In this document: one piece after another, positions 1 through 26,109 of the stretch
Layout of the letters: each line of letters opens with the position of its first letter
How positions within the stretch are numbered: the stretch's first letter is position 1
Source of the DNA: Amoebidium appalachense
Lineage: Eukaryota; Protista; Ichthyosporea
Reading direction: 5' to 3'
NCBI GenBank assembly: GCA_963693365.1
Contig: CAVNZM010000017.1
Location: 6,252,708-6,316,707, forward strand
Length of the DNA stretch: 64,000 bases
Program-made: the position numbers and the translations under genes
The notes under the pieces: model-generated
Seen by the model: the letters and a program-made list of their open reading frames with translations, nothing else
Told to the model about the DNA's origin: nothing
Database searches by the model: none

Positions 1-42
1 CGTTTGTGTATAGGAGAATTTGTGTGTGTGTGTGACTGTGTG

Positions 43-159
<117 letters not shown>

Positions 160-298
160 ATTGGTGGTGGTGGTGGTGGGGGGGGGGGGGGGGGGGGGGG
201 CAGAGAGGCACACATTTTTCGCATGATGCATGGCCACTTGTGCCTACCACTTGTGGGCTTGTCGGCACATGTATGGTAAAGTGTTTGTGCCCCCCCCC

Positions 299-363
<65 letters not shown>

Positions 364-419
364 CCCCCTCTCTCTCTCTCCCTCTCTCTCTCCCTCTCTC
401 TCTCTCTCTCTCCCCCCCC

Positions 420-498
<79 letters not shown>

Positions 499-571
499 CT
501 CTTTGTGGGGGGGTGGGGGGGGGGAGGGGAAGGGGGGGGGGGGGTACACCCACTGACGTCACCACCCACAG

Positions 572-12894
<12,323 letters not shown>

Positions 12895-13082
12895 GTTGTA
12901 GGGTAGTGCTTGCACACATGCACACATGCACACGTGAGATTATACGTTTTATGATTTTTTATATTTTTGTCATGCACCATGATAGGCACATTTGGCACAT
13001 GTGTGCAGTGTGTGTGAGCACACACGCATGCATATGTTACATGCACGCTCAGTCTGGCACACACACACACACACACACACCA

Positions 13083-13183
<101 letters not shown>

Positions 13184-14304
13184 CTGACCCGTGCGCACAC
13201 ACACCTACACGCACACGCACACGCACACGCATGCTTGCACACACATGCAAAGGGTAAGCGGGCGAGAAAACAAGTGAGAGAATGAGAGAAAGAATGTAAT
13301 TACTTACATATCCGTATAGTTTGTATCGAATGCGAATATATGTAGCTCTCATATGAGTTGTGTTGCTTGCGTGCAAATATAAGATATACATTAATAATAT
13401 TATATTATGTACGAAACTAATAGTATGTGTATATAGCGAAGTTCAACGGTGTGTCCTCTTTTTTTCTTCTTGGTCCTTAATGATTTTGTATGAAATTTTT
13501 GAGAGCACAGTTGTCTTGTTACGATAAACTGCGAATGTGCTCAGAACCTTACTAAAAGCACCAAGGTTCCAAAATGTTTTCCTCCCCCATTCTCTTGTAT
13601 TGTGAACGATGTTCGTTCCAAATTTGGCGTGTCCGATGTACTTATGTCAGTATTAGAGTTAGCGCTCAGACAACTATGAAAACCCCGTAAATTTATTTGC
13701 CATTAATGTTGTTTCAAAGGATATTGATCCTTTGGAATCCGATATCCAATAAAATAATAATAAAAAAAATGTATGGGCAAATAGTATGTGCGCGGTCGCA
13801 CGATAATCATTAACCAAATATGGAAATTTGGGCGGGAAGTTCTTGCCCGCCAAAAAAAGTTTTTATAAAGCAAAAATAAAGTAGGAATCATTCCAGTACT
13901 ACTATATTTAATAACAAATTGTCCACGGTGATAGTAGTAATTGTTTGGGCGTTGTCTGACTCAGTGTTTCTTCACTGAGGATGCCAATGGGAGAGAGGCC
14001 TGATCATGATGTTTTGGTGGGGGGTAGGGAGCCTCAGGGAGGGAGGGAGGGGGGGGGGGGGGGGGAGGGGGGGGGGGGGGGGGGGGGGACTCGTGGTGCC
14101 CACCGCACCGGGGTGAGTTACTGTGACCTCCACGTACACAGTGACTTAGGCCGGGCATCTGAGTCGCTGCCACGGTTTGTGCACCTCGTGACCCTGCATT
14201 TTTCGTGTGCCATATTTGTGGTACACACGTGCTGCTCACTCCTGGTCCGTAGTACGTCTGTACGTCGGACCATCAAAAAGTTCAAGTCTCTCTCTCTCTC
14301 TCTC

Positions 14305-14337
<33 letters not shown>

Positions 14338-14481
14338 ACCCCTCTCTCTGCCTCCCCGAGCCTCTCTCTCACTTCCCCTCCATCCCCCTCCCCCTACCCA
14401 AAAAAATAAAAAAAATTCGCCCTCCCCTCTCTTTTCACCCTCTCCTCTCTCCCACAACAAGCACAACTGCTTCGCCTGCCC

Positions 14482-14536
<55 letters not shown>

Positions 14537-14976
14537 CTTCCCCTTCCCTATCCTCGCACCTCCCCCCTTCTCCCCTCCAAGTCACACTCTCCCGTTATCG
14601 ATTATCCTCCTACACCAGCCTGCAAAAAAGATTAAGAAAAGAAAACAGCTTTACTCAAAGAAAGATGGAATTATGAAATGTGAAACAGAAAGCTACTCAT
14701 TCAGATTCCGTTTTATTTCTTCCATTGTATTGGCCATTTTCCCATAAGCCTTCTGAATATGCATTTTATCACTGTGATTAACATAAACATGATTATAACA
14801 GAATCATTGAAAGAACCCCCCCAAAATATTAAAATTTGCGACACATTCGAGTCTAAAAAGACATGGTTCATTGTCATCAGCAGAGCTGTCCATTCCTCCT
14901 CTTGATTATGTGACCCTACACACTGAGCGACCAGTGAGTGTTATATATACACGTGATACGGACAAAATGGATTTAT

Positions 14977-15015
<39 letters not shown>

Positions 15016-15020
<5 letters not shown>

Positions 15021-15146
15021 CAACCGATTTATAAGCCGTTTTGGGTCTGGCTCAAACCAAAATGCTGTTTGATGCGCATCTCACCAATAAAAAAGCACAA
15101 ATACCTTTCCGGTCTGACCCGACCCGTATCACCAAAAGAAACCCCC
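15016..15146. mobile_element. second copy of the ~130-bp MITE-like repeat
   Basis: Aligns by eye with 967-1094 and ends in aaaagaaacccc. Confidence 0.5.
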
Positions 15147-15174
15147 TTAACAAATCCCCCCCTTCTTTCTGCAG

Positions 15175-16342
15175 CAATTTGCAGCCTTGCTCCCTCCGTA
15201 TGCAACAATGGAACGTGCAATAACGTTACCACAAACGGAACTTTGACCGGCTACACGTGCACATGTCCCCCCGGGGTAGTGGGAGCCAACTGCGAAGGAT
15301 CTATCCCCGTGATTGGTGGGGTGATTGGCCAATTGTTTGTCGACATGAACAACAATGGAATGCAGGATAGCGTTACCGAGGAGCCACCCATCCCGTTCGT
15401 GACCGTGATTTTAAAAGACCCCACCGGTGCGATTGTGAGCAAGAATAAAACCACAGCCACTGGAAACTACACGTTTAAAGATGTGCCGCCCAATAGCTAC
15501 ACGGTTGAAGTTTTAAAGCAGACCCTACCCAAACCCTCGAAAATGAATCTTTCCGCCTTCATCCGCGCCCAAGGTCCCACCGTACAGAAGGTCCCTAATT
15601 GGCTGAAGGAATTTTTAAAACTCAAATCTGATTCGCCATCGGGTACCAGTCAAATCGAAGACGCCATATCAGGGTTTTTGCAAGGTCTCGGGGGGGCTAG
15701 TGTTCATATTGGAAGGTGGCTGGCTGGGGGGGGGTTCAACAACAAACGACACACTTTCAGGAAACACAACCACTCAGGTGGCCGTCGTAGCCAATCAGAC
15801 GTCTGTGGCAGATTTTCAGCTCACCACTGAAAGTACAAACCCCCCCTCACTCCCCCCCCCCCCCCCCCCTTCTCCCTCCCCCCTCCGTCCCTCCCCCCTC
15901 CCCCCCCCCCCCCCTTCCTTCCCTCCCCATCTCCCCCCCTCCCCCCCCCCCCCCTTCCTTCCCTCCCCATCCCCCCCCCCCCCCTTCCTTCCCCTCCCCA
16001 TCTCCCCCCTCCCCCCCCCCCCCCCCCCCAAAAAATAAAATAAAAAAAAAATCCATTCAACTTGCACGGTAGGTTTGCCCCGTCATTTCCATTTCATCTG
16101 TGTTGTCCTTTTTATTTGCTGTGAAGGCGGTGGATATGCGACAATAATGCGAGGCCAAATCGACACAAGCCGAACTACTAGGGTGGATGGCTCTACACTA
16201 TATAAGTATTGATCATTGAATGCCATGTTTTCATTCCCACTAATGATCCCTCAAGGCGTCTCGTTTGCTTGGTTCCTATGGTTGGTTTTAAGAGTTAAGA
16301 AACATTATGATATATAATCTCCACCTTGGTTGTCGCCCTTCC

Positions 16343-16432
<90 letters not shown>

Positions 16433-16539
16433 GCCACATCGTAATATTCCCAATCTCACAGAACCATCCGCTCACCGTGACCCATCCCCCCGGCCCCTCC
16501 TCCCTACCCCCCTCCTCCCCGCCTTCCCCCTTCCCCCCA

Positions 16540-16572
<33 letters not shown>

Positions 16573-16613
16573 ACCCCCCTTCCCACCTCCCCCCTCCCCT
16601 CCCCCCCCGCCCC

Positions 16614-16662
<49 letters not shown>

Positions 16663-17542
16663 CCCAATGCATTCAACACCACCACTCACGGCTGCGATCC
16701 TCTTGCCACGTGTGTCTTCAACGGAACGGACGGTTATTACTGCACGTCCGCATCTGGCTATGTGGGGGCAGGCACTTTGAATAACTGCCAAGATCTCGAC
16801 GAATGTACCACGCAGGCACACACGTGTATGGCGTCCGCCAATCAACTTTGCAACAATACGATTGGTAGTTATCAGTGTGTGGAATGTTCGGCCGGGTACA
16901 GCGTCCAATCAAATGCGTGCGTCGATGGGGATGAATGTGCAAACGGTACTCACGCTTGCGCAAGTAACTCCAGCACGTGCACAAACACGGATGATAGTTA
17001 CACGTGCGCATGCCTGTCTGGCTACACGGGAGACGGACGCACGTGCGCAGACACGAACGAATGTACGTCAGGCACACACACGTGCGCTCTGTTGGAAGCA
17101 CGTGCACAAACACGGGCGGCAGTTACACGTGCGCATGTGCATCCGGCTACACGGGAGACGGCCGCACGTGCACATCCCAGACTTCCTCTCTCTCCGCCGC
17201 CACCACCACCACCACCAACCCCACCTCCCAAGCCACCACCACCATTTTAGGAAACACATCGCAACCCACATCCAACCCTGGCACCCAAGTTGTAGGCGCA
17301 GCGTCAGCACCCGGAGACACAAGTTGTTTTTCAACCACAAGCGCTTTTACCGCAACAATGAAAAATGTCGGGGCCAGGGGTCCAAAATTCGCAAATGGCT
17401 CGCACTGTCTAACCTGACCAACGGCGACCAATCGGACGGCGGGTATTGCCTCTATGTGACGTCACCCACATACGGCCACATGTTATACAACTATGATCAC
17501 CCTAGAGCAAAGGGGGTCACAATAAGTTTCGACGCCGCCTCC

Positions 17543-17610
<68 letters not shown>

Positions 17611-17909
17611 AACAAACACAGCTCTCCCCCACGGCGGGCACCAAGGGAGAGAACGGGCTTGGCTGGTTAGTGTTCCCCATGTCTATGAGGCTCTCTCTCC
17701 TCCCCCCCTCCCCTCCCTCTCCCCTCCCCCCTCCCCCCCCCATCCCCCCTCCCCCCTTCCCCCCTCCCCCCCACCGATCCGGCCCCCGCCCCCCCAAACA
17801 AAAAGAAGAGGGTGAAGAAGAAGAAGAAGAAAAGAAAAAGAAAAGAGGGAAAGCGGAAAACCCACCCGGTAGTGCACAAGCACACCCACACATTCATCCA
17901 CTAAAACTA

Positions 17910-17990
<81 letters not shown>

Positions 17991-18110
17991 GTGTATATCA
18001 TGGATGATCTATGTATGTATAATGAACCTCCCGTTTTTATCCAAAGAAGGTCTGTAATGGGTCTGAAGGGCCCAGCCACATCGGCTGAGTCAACTTGCTC
18101 CGAGGAGTAA
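15175..18110 (+). pseudogene. disrupted surface/adhesion protein gene: EGF + SdrD-B/CnaB-like domain + tandem Ca-binding EGF repeats + Thr/Ser-rich stalk
   Basis: Exon from 15175: CNNGTC...YTCTCPPGVVGANCE, then GQLFVDMNNNGMQD...VTVILKD...TTATGNYTFKDVPPNSYTV. Exon from 16661 (phase-compatible with donor at 15833): DLDECT, DGDECA, DTNECT with CSGYTGDGRTC-type motifs. Lesions: ~200-bp frame-breaking insert ~15534-15732, frameshifts near 17088 and ~17390, lost cysteines. The 3' end at 18110 is tentative. Confidence 0.72.
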
Positions 18111-18189
18111 TGATCCCGAAAAAAGAAAAAAAAAGATCCCAATTTTGTTCGATTTATTCCTATTTATTCCGATTTATTCCGTAAAAAAA

Positions 18190-18460
18190 TAGGAATTATT
18201 CTGTTAAAAGCAGAATTATTCTTCCTTGAAAGCAGAATTATTCTGCTGTCGAAGGCAGGATAATTCTGCGTTTTGCAAAATAATTCTGGTAAAAGCAGAT
18301 TGATTAGGCTGCTCAAAGCAGGAAAATTCTGCCTTTGCATAATAATTCTGGTTTCTGCAGCAGAGTGCTGCTCTTGCAGAAAAAATTCGGTTTTTGCAGA
18401 ATAATCCTGCTTTTTTACAGAATAATCCCGCTTTTTGCAGAATAATTCTGCTTTTTGCAG
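18190..18460. repeat. foldback-like array of ~21-bp units with cagaataattctg near-palindromes
   Basis: Left units aaaagcagaattattct are the reverse complement of right units agaataattctgctttt. Confidence 0.7.
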
Positions 18461-18684
18461 ATGTGGCTGGGTCGTGTCTAAGACCGAGAGGTATAGAGGA
18501 CAAAAGGGAGGGGAGACTCTGAAGCCGTCCCCTCTCCCCCCCCCCCCCCCCCCCCCCCCCCCCCGCCCCCCCGGGGGGGGGGGGGGAGGGGGGGGGAGGG
18601 GGGGGGGGGGAGGGGAGGGGGAGGGGGTAAGGGGGGCCCCGAGGCTGGGAAAAGAAGGGAGCCAAAGGAGAAAAAAAAAAGAAA

Positions 18685-18716
<32 letters not shown>

Positions 18717-18936
18717 TGGATACCGTTGCATGTGTGGGTGGGCCCGGTGGTGAATTTGTGCTTGTGCAACGTCAGTAACCTTTTCCTAAACTTTATTGAC
18801 GTTCACAGTACGCTCACAATGATTCAATTTTCAGGGCAACACTGGTTGGCAGCTGCAGCCCGGGGGTGGCACCCATACACACTAAGTCTCCAGCGCCTTG
18901 TTAGTATTTATAATGTACATACGAAGCCTTTTGTAT

Positions 18937-19001
<65 letters not shown>

Positions 19002-19107
19002 GTTTTGGCAAACGAGTCGATCCGGTTTGCTATAGCTATAGTGTTGATTAGAAAAAACTGTGCAACCCGTGGGAGGGCACCTGGGGGGCAAAGGGGCGGT
19101 GCGCGTG

Positions 19108-19164
<57 letters not shown>

Positions 19165-19764
19165 GGGGGGGGGGGGGTTAACGCTGCCATTGCATGATGC
19201 AGCGTGGTGGGTGTGTGGGTTGGGGAGGAAGAGTGACTCTTGGATGTGTGAAATTTGAAGGTTGGCATGCCACAACAGAGTAAAACTCCGCATGTTTGTC
19301 CGGCTTGCCACGCTTGTACTAATATTTACATGTACGTGGTAGGACCGGTCTACTCAGGGGTACTAGGTGGGCATGAAGTTTTTTATTTTCGGGTTTGGCT
19401 CAACCGATGGATGATTCGGAGGTGTAAGTAAATGTATGCCACTTTGGCGGCTATAGTATCATAGGGGGCAAGAGAACTTCTGAGACACTAACAGTGTATA
19501 CCGAATAAAACACATCACACATACATTCACATACATACATACATGTTATACCTGGTATACCATGTTATACATCATACATGCATGTTATACCTGAACACGT
19601 CTACTACTCACACACTACCGGGGTGGCCGTGACACCCCGGGCCCAAAAAAACCCCAGAAAAACACAAACAAACAAACCAAAAAAAAAAAAGGAAAAAAAA
19701 AAAAAAAAGCAGCAAACAAACATTTCAACTCTCGGACACCGTGATGTTGTCACACCGTTAGTTC

Positions 19765-19796
<32 letters not shown>

Positions 19797-20369
19797 CTAA
19801 GCATAGGGCCTGGAAGCCCTTTATTTCTAATACTAAGCAAAGATTCGTACAGTCAGGTTTCCGGTGTGCAGCGGAAAAGAAAGCAACAAAATCTTGCCTG
19901 CACTGTACGGAGCCAGCGACTGTCAAAACCTCCATGTACCACGCGCAAGGGGTTGGGAGGGCGGGCGGGCAGGGGGGGGGGGGGGGGGGGGGGGGGGGGG
20001 TCAATCTAGGATTGTGGTGGGCTAGGGGTTGCAGAATTAGCAAACAGCCTAAGGGCGAATATCCACAAAATCTTATTTCGGCCTATGCATGTTAAAAAGG
20101 GCCTGGGGTCAAGATGTTTGCCTATGGGTCTGTGGGCCGACGAGGTATAGAAGGGCAAAAGCGTGGGGGAAGAGCGGATGGGTGGGTGGGCAGGGGTTTT
20201 TGTTTCTTCTTCTTCCTCTTTCTCTTTTTTCTTTCTTCCTCTTCTTTTTTTTTTTTTGGAGGGGGGGGAAGGGGGGGGGGGGGGGGGGGGGGGGAGGGAG
20301 GGGGGGGGGGGGGGGGGCTCCGAGGCCTGGGAAGAAGGGAACCAACCCGACGTGGTGGTGGTGGGGTGG

Positions 20370-20403
<34 letters not shown>

Positions 20404-20880
20404 GATGAGAAGATGCTTGCGACTGTTGCATGTGTGGGTGGGTGATGAATGTGTGCCTGTGTAACAATGTACAGGGCATTGCAGGCCAGCAAATTTTAAG
20501 GCTGCAGTCAATGGCAAACACACACATCTTTTGTTGTGACATATTGTAATGTACAAAGCCTTTATTTCGTTCTTTTGCAAGCCCTTTGAAATTTCGTTCT
20601 TTCTCTAGCCCTTTGAAACACATCACGTGACACTTTCAACCAAAAAGTGTCGCACCGTGGCACAAAATCTTCCACATGAAAAGGTACATTGGCAAATTCA
20701 CCGTACGTGCACGGCATAAAGCCTGCACATGCATGCCTTTCACTTCTACATACAGTCAACGTGTCACCAATAAATTTCTCATCCGATTTTCACTGCAGCG
20801 ATTCACAGCAGATTTTCAAACTAATCCCCGGCCTTGTTCGCCAACAAACCAGCATCTCTCCACCCCCACACCTCTTCACT

Positions 20881-21951
20881 TCAGTTGTCCTCCCCCTCGC
20901 CCATGCCATACTTATGCCCACCGTGCCCATACTTGGGGGTGCAAGAAGTGAACTCGATCTCATGCGCCACCTTAGCCCCAGCCACAACAGGCGTCACATT
21001 ATCGACTCCCTTAGCCCCAAAATAGTGCCCGGTGCCTCCTGTGACGGCGAGGGGATAGCTGGAGCCCGTCTTGACGTCAAACGTGGGACCTTCGAGACTA
21101 ATGGTGCCGATGACCTTCTCGCCCTTCATGAAGCGGAAGGTGTAGGAGCAGTAGTAAATGCCCTTAGAGTAGTCGAACACACCGCACGTACCGTAGATGT
21201 CGCCCAGCTGTGTACATGTTCAAAATGGGAGGGCGTTAAACGTAGTTAGGAACCTATGCATGTTTTAATAATACACGGTTCGTGCTCAACATGTTTTCAA
21301 ATTGGTTAGTTGCATGGTAAGTGGACAGTGGGTGAGTGGTCTGGTTGGAATCTTTCTTCCTCTAGCTAGTAGCTAGAAGTTCATCCCCTAAATCCAATCT
21401 GTGTAAGGATATGGAAAAGTTAAGTAAGGACCGGGGGGAGGGGGGGGGGGGGGGGGGGAGGGCTCGAGTGAGTGGGGAGATCTCGAGACCTTCACATTTA
21501 ATTTAATAGTAAGCAGAGGGGGGGGGGGGGGGGGGGGGAGGGGAGGAGGATCTTTTGTTGCCGCAGTGCAGTTAACGTTAGGTACGTGGGAAGGGGAGGC
21601 AGAGAGAGATTCGCCAAATGTGACCTGGCCAATTGCAAAGAGAGAAATACCCACCTGCTTGCCCTTCTTGCCGTGCTTGTAGTCATACATCTGGTCGCGG
21701 AACAAGAAAAACGATCCATTTGATGTGAGATCCATGGAAGGGTGCACCACTTCCTTGCCAAACACGTCCAGCACCGACACCTTCTGTGTAGCGCACACCT
21801 TAGCCCCGTGGTGCCCGTGACCCATGCCGCCATCGTACACGTCGGAGGGTTTGGGCGCAGGGCCCTCGCCATGGTCGGCATAGTGAGGCTGCACAGAGGT
21901 CGCGTAGGCACCAGCAGCCAAGAGGGCGGACACAGCAAGAGACAGCATCAT
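20881..21951 (-). CDS. secreted dirigent/allene-oxide-cyclase-like beta-barrel protein, copy A (207 aa, 2 exons)
   Basis: Exons 21951-21655 and 21207-20881, GT-AG, phase 0. Signal peptide MMLSLAVSALLAAGAYA; motifs GDIYGTC, YYCSYTFRF, GTISLEG, LAVTGGTGHYFGAKG. Confidence 0.85.
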
Positions 21952-22052
21952 GTTTGATGGTGGACGTGGGCGGAAGGGGGGAGAAGGTTGAGGTGACTGC
22001 AGGGGTGGAAGTGTAAGTTGCTGTGTGGAAGAAATGGTACATGTGTCCTGCG

Positions 22053-22090
22053 TATTTATAGAAGAAAGAAATCACACAGCGTGCATGACA
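22053..22090 (-). promoter_or_regulatory. TATA box (TATAAATA) plus upstream TGTCATGCAC motif for copy A
   Basis: About 100 bp upstream of the ATG. An equivalent pair occurs before B (TATA 23329), C (32642-32649) and D (39192). Confidence 0.6.
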
Positions 22091-22616
22091 TCATCGTAAA
22101 TGAGGTCACTTTCACACGATAGACAGGACCAGATAGGACTATTAGCTATCGCATCGTGGCAGGCAAAACAAAAGCACATAAATACATACATGTGTGTGAA
22201 AATGCATAATATGCATACTGTATATGGACATATACATATATATGCCGTCGTTAATGTAAACACATATATGTGAAATAGACAGCGGCGTGATTGTAACTCG
22301 GTAAATGTCGATCATGCAAAGCTCACATACAGAGTGCCACGGTTTTCTTTGTTTTCTTTTCTTTGACGGATAATGCTGTATAATACCGCATGGAATAATC
22401 AGTCGATGCAGGGTATATATATACATATCTGTACACGCCAGTGAAGCAGAACAAATTTAAACAGCTCTGATTGCTAGTATCTTCTTAATTTTTCATATGT
22501 ATGTATGAGCTTTCAAGTTGCAATTTTTTACATCCTGTCCGGATCTGCCGTAACGCAAACCAAGCTCTAGAATCCAGATCTGAGCGCATACAGCTCAATG
22601 ACTGAGGAGTCAGTGA

Positions 22617-22810
22617 AAATCTCCTGGGATCCAACCACTAATCGTTTAGGGTAAACTTCGCAAGATCCACTAATCAAAAACCTGTTTCTATCTTTTTCAG
22701 GGTTTGGAATTCCAAGATGCGACAACACAAAGATCTCAAAAATGGGCATTTGATTGGACGATCTAGCGATGTTAACCCTAAGCGGTTAGCGATTGGATCC
22801 CAGGAGATTT
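22617..22810. mobile_element. MITE with ~50-bp terminal inverted repeats between copies A and B
   Basis: aaatctcctgggatccaaccactaatcgtttaggg ... ccctaagcggttagcgattggatcccaggagattt; paralogous copy at 33207-34033. Confidence 0.75.
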
Positions 22811-23428
22811 GCAATAAAACGCAGATAAGCACATGCGCTGCATACTACGTGGCGAAACTATGATACACCACAGTGCTACATAACAATCAGCATCTGTGTT
22901 CGTTGCCTTCACTTTCACACTGCATATGTATACATCCTTCGGATTCGTCAAGTTCTCAAGAAGGACTCGTACACATGCACATGCACTGTCCGCGAGCGCG
23001 AACTCAGACGTGATGAGACATGTACACATATGGACTAAAATTAGCTGCACATGGTCATAAGATGGGTTTGCACAACTGCCAGACGCTTTTTGTCAAATGG
23101 TGAAGTGACCGCATATAAGTTTTACACTATGTATTGTAAAATTTAATGCAGAAATGTCACAGAACATTGGCGTGACAGCGACAGCAGTGCATGACACTCA
23201 TACAAGTTGTGTTCGTTGTTTTGGGTTGCACACTTGTCAACTCACGATCGGGTTGCTATGTAATATTGGTTACTTGATGACCGCACCTCCACTGCTGTCA
23301 TGACATGCACGTTGTTATTTCTCTCTTCTATAAATACGCAGAAAACCACCCTTTCTGCCACACCACAAGCCTGCCACTCTCAGTCACCTCAACCTTCTCC
23401 CCTCTTCCACCTACGTCCACCATCAAAC

Positions 23429-23941
23429 ATGATGCTGTCTCTTGCTCTGTCCGCCCTGTTGGCCGCTGGCACCTACGCGACCTCTGTGCAGCCTCACTAT
23501 GCCGACCATGGACATGGCGTGGGCCCTGCGCCCAAACCCTCCGATATGTACGATGGCGGCTAAGGGGCTAAGGTGTGCGCTACACAGCGCCTGTCTTTGC
23601 TTGAGGTGTCGGGCATGAACGTGGTGCACCCTTCCATGGACCCCACGACAAACGGCACGTTCTACCTGTACCGCGACCTCTACATGCACGGCAAGCAGGG
23701 CAAGCAGGTGGGGTTCTCTCTCTTTCCAAATTGGGCGTGCACCCACTATCCGGTCGTCGAGGGTCTCCCCCTCCCCTCCTCACACACCTACCAGCACTAG
23801 CATCACCCCGGGCCACTTCCCCCGCCTCCCCCCCTCCCCCCCCCCCCCCCTCCCCCCGCCCCCCATCGACCCGCATAAAAGCCACCTTTTCTTACCCGGG
23901 CCTGCCTCTGGCACCTAGCACCGCAAGAGAACTGGAATAAG

Positions 23942-23974
<33 letters not shown>

Positions 23975-25154
23975 AGGCCTCCCCCCCCAACACACACACA
24001 CACACACACACACCCATCGATAACCATATTGATATGGTATCATATAGTATTCATTTGGCCAACCTGGCGACCGCATCGTTTTTTTCAATGCCGTTGCCAC
24101 ATTGCCTGTGAACCCACAAGAAAAAACACAGCCCGGTACAGGTAGAAATAAATAGTCGAAGAAGGAAATATTCCGAACCCCATGTCCTCCCCACCCACAC
24201 TAACATGTACAACACCAGCACGGCAATTTCTGCTACGTCTGACTTGCCTTTCTACAGTATAGACCCATGAAGAAGGATGAAATCATTTCATAGTGACAAG
24301 GTAAATAAGCAAATTAAACAACATATCCGTGCACAATGCACAGATTCTAAACTAACGAGTAAACAGCGTAAACCCCATTCTAACCTCCATCTGAAAACTT
24401 CCATTTCCAAATCAGGTGGGTGACATTTACGGAACGTGCGGTGTGCTCTCCTGCGCCCAGGGTCCTGGTGCCATCAAGTACTATTGCAGCTTTACCATCC
24501 GCATCATGAAGGGTGAGAAAGTAATCGGTACACTGAGTCTTCAGGGCCCCACGTTTGACATCAAGGAAGGCTCCAGCTACCCCTACACGGTCACCGGCGG
24601 CACCGGACGCTATTTTGGCGCCAAGGGAACAGATGTGTCGACACTGTTGGAATATTTCAGTGGGGCAGAGACAGCTGTTCCGATCCTGTCCTCTTTTGTG
24701 TGTGGAAGTGGTGTGACTAGCCTGCCAGACATATCGCCATAGTGTTGGCAGCTAGAACGTTTGGTCATCACGCAGTAATCTTGGTCATAGCGATGGTCTT
24801 TACTTGCAGCGAAGCGGGCGGCGGCGACGACGACAATCTGGACTGACACAGTCCAGAGATTGTATACTATGATTGGAATGCAAAGTCATCCCAACAGAGA
24901 TCCAATCACATATCAGCCGAGATCCCTATATGACTTAGAACCAATCATATCGCCTCTTATACGCTACCATCATCCCATAGTCATCACGATCACGATAGCG
25001 AGTGAGATGGGTTGACATATGCGATTGCATATTCTGACAGACAGACATCGTGCGCGGTGAGAAGTGGAGCCATGAGAGCGAGTTCACTTCTTGCACCCCC
25101 AAGTATGAGCACGGTGGTTATGAGTATGGCATGGAGGAGGGAGAGGACAACTGA
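23429..25154 (+). pseudogene. dirigent/AOC-like copy B, disabled
   Basis: Exon 23429-23707 has an in-frame TAA at 23561. Exon 24416-25154 (GDIYGTCG, VTGGTGRYFGAKG) is interrupted by the 24645-25039 insertion. Confidence 0.85.
24645..25039. mobile_element. solo LTR (395 bp)
   Basis: TGTTGGAATAT...ATATTCTGACA (TG..CA, imperfect inverted ends). 5-bp flanks gacac/gacag. Absent at the homologous site in copy D (~40500). Confidence 0.8.
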
Positions 25155-26109
25155 AGAGGTGTGGAGGTGTGAGTGATACTGTGTTGGCAAACACGGCCGG
25201 GGATTGGTTTCTGCAGTGATTTATTAGAGACCTTGAATAGGATTATACTTGTTAGAGTTGGAGAAATGGAAGGCAGGCCTTGGTGCCGACGTGCACGGTG
25301 ACAAAGTGTGCCAATGTACTTCTTGTAAGTGGAACTTTTGTGCCACAGGTTTACAAACGTTAACCCGCTTTGGGTTGTAAGAGTCCGCAAAAGAAATAAA
25401 AGCTTTGTACATTACTCATGATCAACAAATATGCAATGCTTGTGTGTGTCACCGGCTGCTAAATGTTCAACTTGCAAGGCACGTGTGAGCATCAAAGCAG
25501 GCTGACGAGCCTTGCACGTGACCTAGCTCCCTCTCTGCCTCTCCCTCTCTCCCTCTCTCGCTCCCCCCCCCCCCCCCCCCCCCGAACACACACACACAAT
25601 CTTGCTCTCTCTCCTGGACCCCCTCCCCCCTCCCTCCCTTCCTTCTTCTTGGTTCCTTTCTTTTCTAGGCATCGGAGCTCCCCCCCCCCCCCCCCTCCCC
25701 CCCCCCTCCCCCCTCCAGCCACCGGCTCTCTCCCCCATTGGATTCCCTTTTGCGATACAGGCGTGGCTGTATTTGTGTGTGTAGATGTATGCACCTTAGT
25801 AGGTTATGTGCATGTGTGTGGACTAAGTCTTGTAGCACGTGCACCCCATGTTAAGGCGCCAGGTTGAGCCAACACCAAGGACTCGAGCCGGCATAGGCAC
25901 TCCCTAAACTTTTCAGGTATGTGTGTGTGTGTGTGTGTGTGGAAGGGGGGAGGGGGGGGGGGGGGGGGGGCGCATTTCATTTGTTTTCATTTCAATTTTG
26001 CTTTTGTTTTTCAAGTTTTCCTTTTATTTTTTTATTTTTTTTCTTTTTTTTCTTTTCAGGGGGAGAGGGGGAGGGGGGGGGGGGGGGGGGGGGGGGGATC
26101 GAGTAAAGT

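Noticed and set aside
14871-15174. N-terminal part of the 319-aa ORF
   Set aside because: Runs through poly-G and a MITE-like repeat; coding signal starts only after the acceptor at 15174.
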